Translations under genes and position numbers: made by a program
NCBI RefSeq assembly: GCF_009914755.1
Contig: NC_060932.1
DNA: 64,000 nt
DNA from: the human T2T-CHM13v2.0 reference genome, Homo sapiens
Reading direction: 5' to 3' (one strand)
Part shown: piece by piece, positions 58,991 to 64,000 of the stretch
Layout of the letters: each line of letters starts with the position of its first letter
Numbering within the stretch: position 1 is the first letter of the stretch
Notes under the pieces: model-generated
Seen by the model: only the letters and a program-made list of their open reading frames with translations
Database searches by the model: none
Told to the model about the DNA's origin: nothing

Positions 58991-59527
58991 GACATATTTC
59001 ACATGAATAATAAATGTGCACTGAAGGACCTGAAAAACCGAGCCTGGCAGCCACCCTTCCACAGGAAGCGTCATGGAACTGAGAAATAACTTGTTATGAG
59101 ATTTCCTGCTGAACAAGCCTTAAAAAGCACAGTGGAGCATTCCCACATAACATTCTTTTGTGCCACTAAGTGAAGACCCTTGCTTGGTGATTCTACTTGG
59201 ACTTCAAGACTATAAACACATATGTCCAGTTCATTTCAAAGGGAATGAGATGGAGACCCAGGAAGGCGGCTAGATGAGGACCATCTCGCAGATGTCACTG
59301 TTTCTTGATGATGGACGGTATTTTGTTCTTTGTCTCTGTGTTGTTGCTTCATGTTTGGCCATAAATGATCATTAATCTATGTGGCTAAAAATGTGTGGCT
59401 ATATTCTTAAGGAGCTCTCAGCCCCTGCTGCAATAGTGAGCAGTAATATAACGTATTGAGCTAATTGTAATTCATTAAATAGAATCCACCTGCAAACACA
59501 TCATACCAAACACAAGGCCATGGCTAC

Positions 59528-59667
59528 CTGGTGGCAAGAAGAGGGTATGTGTGAACTGGGCTGAACCAGGCTTCCTTCCTCCGTGGCATGCTGTCATAGA
59601 TTAAAAGGTCTTTCTCAGTCAGCACAACCAGGGCTGGTTTCCACTGTTTCTTGCTCTCCCCTGGCAC
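59528..59667 (-). CDS. SNTB1: SNTB1 coding exon (probably exon 4; PH2 domain)
   Basis: minus-strand ctttctttttcag|GTG acceptor and AG|gtagcc donor; VPGESKKQWKPALVVLTEKDLLIYDSMPRRKEAWFSPVHTYPLLAT(R), a syntrophin PH2 sequence; missed by the ORF track. Confidence 0.93.
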
Positions 59668-61074
59668 CTGAAAAAGAAAGCAGAGAACTGTCAAATGACA
59701 GCCTGAGGAAAGGATGATTATGAGAAGTTGGCATCCCCCTAATCAGAGGACTCAGCAATACATTGAGTGTCTTTTGGTTTGGTTGCAAAATCAAAATGGA
59801 AAGAACCTTGTCTTTATCCCATGCTTCCTGATCCTTGAAAATATCTGTTGTCTCAAGGGCCCTGAAATGTATAGTCAGGACAGCCAAGAAGCAGCCCAGC
59901 TGCCACACATCTGTCACTGTTTCTCACCTGCCAGTCAGCACTGAATCTTTATTTTATAGTGGGAGGCAAATGCCTGGGGGAATAAGTACTTCCAGCTGAT
60001 TCACTGGTACAGTAGCATTTTTTTTTATTATGAAATGGTAAGGTCTAAAAAGTTTTTGAATAAATATCTAAAGGCTCTGAAAAATGTACTATGGTGGCAA
60101 ATGTCTACCCAGACAGAGTGAGATATCACAGCCTCTTTCCCTAGTCTTTTGCTCTTAGATTGGTTCTGTGATTCAGGCATCATCTTGAAACTTCTCTGGT
60201 TCTGTTGAATGTCCAGTTCCATTCACCACCCATAATTTATTAACTCAAGGGTTGAGATGACCTGACAGGAATGTGAAAGGATTGTGATAGTCATCAGTAA
60301 TGATTGGACCAGATGATCTCTGAAAACCCTTCTAATCTGGAGAATCTGTGTAGCTCAGCTCTTATCTCATGAGCCATCCCCTTGGCCTGGTGTTTGCCCT
60401 TCCCAAACTTCCTATATGTTCCTCTGTCTATAAAAATGCTCTCCTTCCCATTTGATGGGCCCTAGGATACATCTTTAAGCTCGGTTTAAAAACTCAGTGA
60501 ATGCTCAATTCTTGCTACTCAAAATATGGACTATGTTCCAGTAGCATCAGCATCATTTGGGAGCTTGCTAGAGTCTCAGGCCCATCCAGATCTGTTGAAT
60601 CAGAGTCCGCATTTTAACAAAATCTTCAGGTAATCCCTTGGCTCATTAAAGAAACACTGCTCCAGATGAGGTTAAGATTGCTTTTGACACTGACAACTAT
60701 CAAAGATTTAATGTTGTCATAATAAGTCACAACTCAAAAATCTATTCAGAATCAAAGAAAATTAGACAGTAAGCTAAATAAGTGATAAAGCTAATTTCTT
60801 CCCTTTCTAGTCTTATTATTACTTTATCTTAAGTGACACAGTGGAATCCGTATAGAGATAGAAGCATGTGTGTAGCTCTTGCTTTAGGCTAACACCCTAG
60901 TATGAGGAATGAGTGATCAAAGTAGAGAAGATTTACAGAATGATGTACGACTTGAGTTCTGTAGGTCCTACATGTAGGCTGCCTAAATCTGAGTCTGTTA
61001 TTTATTGCCTGTGTGACTCTGGTCAAGATATTCTCTGTGCTTCTATTTCCTTACTGATAAGGATAATATCATAT

Positions 61075-61320
61075 ACAACAGTGGTTTTGAGTGCTGACTC
61101 GGGAGCTAGCAGGCCTGAACACAAATTTGTGTTACCCAGTTTACTAGCTGTGGGGGTCTTGGGCAAGTCAACTAATTTCTTTGTATCTCAGTTTCTGGAT
61201 CTGTAAAATGAGAAATAATAGTACCTATAGCAGAGGGTGGTTGTGAAGATTAAATGAGCTAAAATTTGTAGAAATGCTTAATACAGTGCAGAATAAGCAT
61301 CATGTAAGTACCTGTTAAGT
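61075..61320 (+). mobile_element. MIR SINE
   Basis: TACTAGCTGTGGGGGTCTTGGGCAAGTCA...CTCAGTTTC...CTGTAAAATGAG core. Confidence 0.75.
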
Positions 61321-62474
61321 AAAGTAGCACTTACCTCATCATGCTATAGTGGGGATTGAGACAGTGTGTGTAATGTGTTTGGCATGGTAGCTGGCAGATG
61401 GTAACGCCCTCAGTAAAACACAGGATGGGGAAATTGTGTCAGACACCAATTTTTGAACATGTCAAAAATGGTGTCCTTTGGAAATGGCATCACTATGACA
61501 AGGCAATGACTTTCCTTGGGAAAAATTATAAGACAAGCCAAAAATAAGCTTGGTGCTAACAATTTCAATACCTTTTCTTCCCATCCTTTCCAAAGTTCTC
61601 CCAGGAAGAACTCATTGCTTGATGATCACCTTTATATTTTAATGCCTCCCTTCCAGCAATTCCAAACAAAAACTGTGCTTCTGAAGAAGTGCCCTCCCCG
61701 ACTCCGCTGCTGTAAAGCTATTTATGCTGGAACATGAATGACTGTTGACATATTCCTCATTTTGTGTATTTTATGCATATTTTAAAAGCTAGCTTTAGCT
61801 TGTTGCTTTTGTAAAAGGACTTTTTCCAACAGAACAACAGCATCTTCAATAGATCAAAATGAATTGTTAGAGAAGGCAATGTACCAGACTCTGCAAGGTG
61901 AATAAAGTATGGTCTCAAGGCATAAAGTGTTTGGGGTAGGGGGAAGGGGGTTCAGAATAAATTTTTTCCAACTTCTACATTAAATTTAGTAAATTACTTT
62001 TCCAGCTCATTAAATAGGACTGGAGAAGCTACAAATGATCCTCCCAAAGTGACTAGCTTACTTACCTAGTCAGATGCAATCCATTAACTTTGACCAGAAT
62101 CAGTCATTTAAATGTGACAGCAACTAAGCATCATTCTTCAAAAACAATATTAAGTTTGAAAATAAGACTCAACAGTAAATACCAACAGTATAATGCAGAC
62201 TTCTCTACTGGTGGAATCACAAACTCACCCATGTGTCAAGTGGTATATGTAGGTTTAAATAGTCCCAAAGCCCTAAAACATTTTGCAGTCTATTGAAGAG
62301 CGCTGTGTGGATATGGTAAACTCTGCTGTGAGAATACTTGGAGTGGGCACATTCCACTATTCCTGTATGCAGAGCTGTTATTTTAATACTAATGTAAATG
62401 CTTAGAGGTAGAAGGCTGCCTATGGGGACAAACAACTTTCCAAAGGGGGGAAAAATCATGTGGAAGAACAGGGA

Positions 62475-62735
62475 TTTGTTTGTTTTGTTTTTGAGATAGA
62501 GTCTTGCTTTGTCGCCCAGGCTGGAGTGCAGTGGTGCGATCTCGGTTCACTGCAAGCTCCGCCTCCTGGGGTTCACGCCATTCTCCTGCCTCAGCCTCCC
62601 AAGTAGCTGGGACTACAGGCGCCCGCCATCACGCCCGGCTAATTTTTTTTTTTTTGTATTTTTAGTAGAGATGGGATTTCACTGTGTTAGCCAGGATGGT
62701 CTCGATCTCCTGACCTCATGATCTGCCTGCCTCGG
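62475..62735 (-). mobile_element. 5'-truncated AluY-type SINE
   Basis: AluY diagnostics GCAAGCTCCGCCTCC, TTCACGCCATTCTCC, TTAGCCAGGATGGTCTCGATCTCC. Confidence 0.9.
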
Positions 62736-63336
62736 GAACAACAGGGTTTTAAAAGCCATACCTTGTGCTACATACGCTTCATTATTTCAAGCCTTTGAAG
62801 ACCAGTTTTTGTCAGGCTCAAATATTGGTGCTATTGTTCTAGTGACAACGTGCATTACAAATCCAGCTTTCCTGGCACCCAAAGGTATTCTGATATGAAT
62901 ACGACAGTTTTGGAGATGTGTCTGCATTTTGTTAACACATGACTCCTGAAACAGATGTGATTTCCATCTCTGCCTGGCTTCCTGCCTTGAGTGCTGCAGT
63001 CAGTTTCTCAAGAACTGATCAGATTTCTAATGAAGAAGGTGAAGAAAGGCAACAGGGGAATAAAACATTCAATTCTGAAATTATTCTGAAGCACAACTTT
63101 GGTGAGCTGAGTTGTGTCCCTGTAATCACTTCCACAGAGCATGAGAGGAAAGGTTTACAAAATGGCAAGAATTTCAGAGCTGGTGGTAAGAAGTAATTGG
63201 TAACAATTATGGAAGTGTCCTTAATCTGAGACAGGTCTCCCAAATCATCTGGGTCAGTGGCTTCCAAACTCTTTAAATTCAATGATCTCTCTGTTCAGAT
63301 TAAGTCACAAGTCCTAGAACAATATGTAAAAGAATT

Positions 63337-63722
<386 letters not shown>

Positions 63723-63725
63723 TTA

Positions 63726-64000
<275 letters not shown>

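Overview
This is human/primate genomic DNA, rich in Alu, L1, MIR and LTR repeats, holding the 3' ends of two convergent genes that I recognise from their spliced translations. On the + strand are the last five coding exons of MTBP (MDM2-binding protein, the metazoan Sld7 counterpart; 684-7788, polyA signal 8065). On the - strand are the last four coding exons of SNTB1 (beta-1-syntrophin; 59667 down to 23327) and a ~3.1 kb 3' UTR ending near 20200. All nine exons have GT-AG boundaries and join in frame. The rest is intronic or intergenic DNA with ~28 Alus, old L1, MaLR/ERV1 LTRs and MER DNA-transposon fossils. Repeat boundaries and subfamily names were assigned by eye. Nearly all other ORFs in the track are repeat-derived noise. 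I found no new gene system. The most unusual signals are retrotransposition and recombination fossils: (1) a tailless 5'-half tRNA-Gln(CTG) retrocopy sharing a triplicated target site with an Alu (35411-35802); (2) two L1-style polyadenylated copies of ERV transcript 3' ends (18331-19338; 47224-47372); (3) a tail-to-tail inverted Alu pair homogenised by apparent gene conversion (48280-49321); (4) an Alu whose central linker is amplified ~5x with an embedded inversion (50484-50645); (5) a twin-primed inverted L1 (57389-58990); (6) a 42-bp palindrome-containing VNTR in an MTBP intron (6585-6831).
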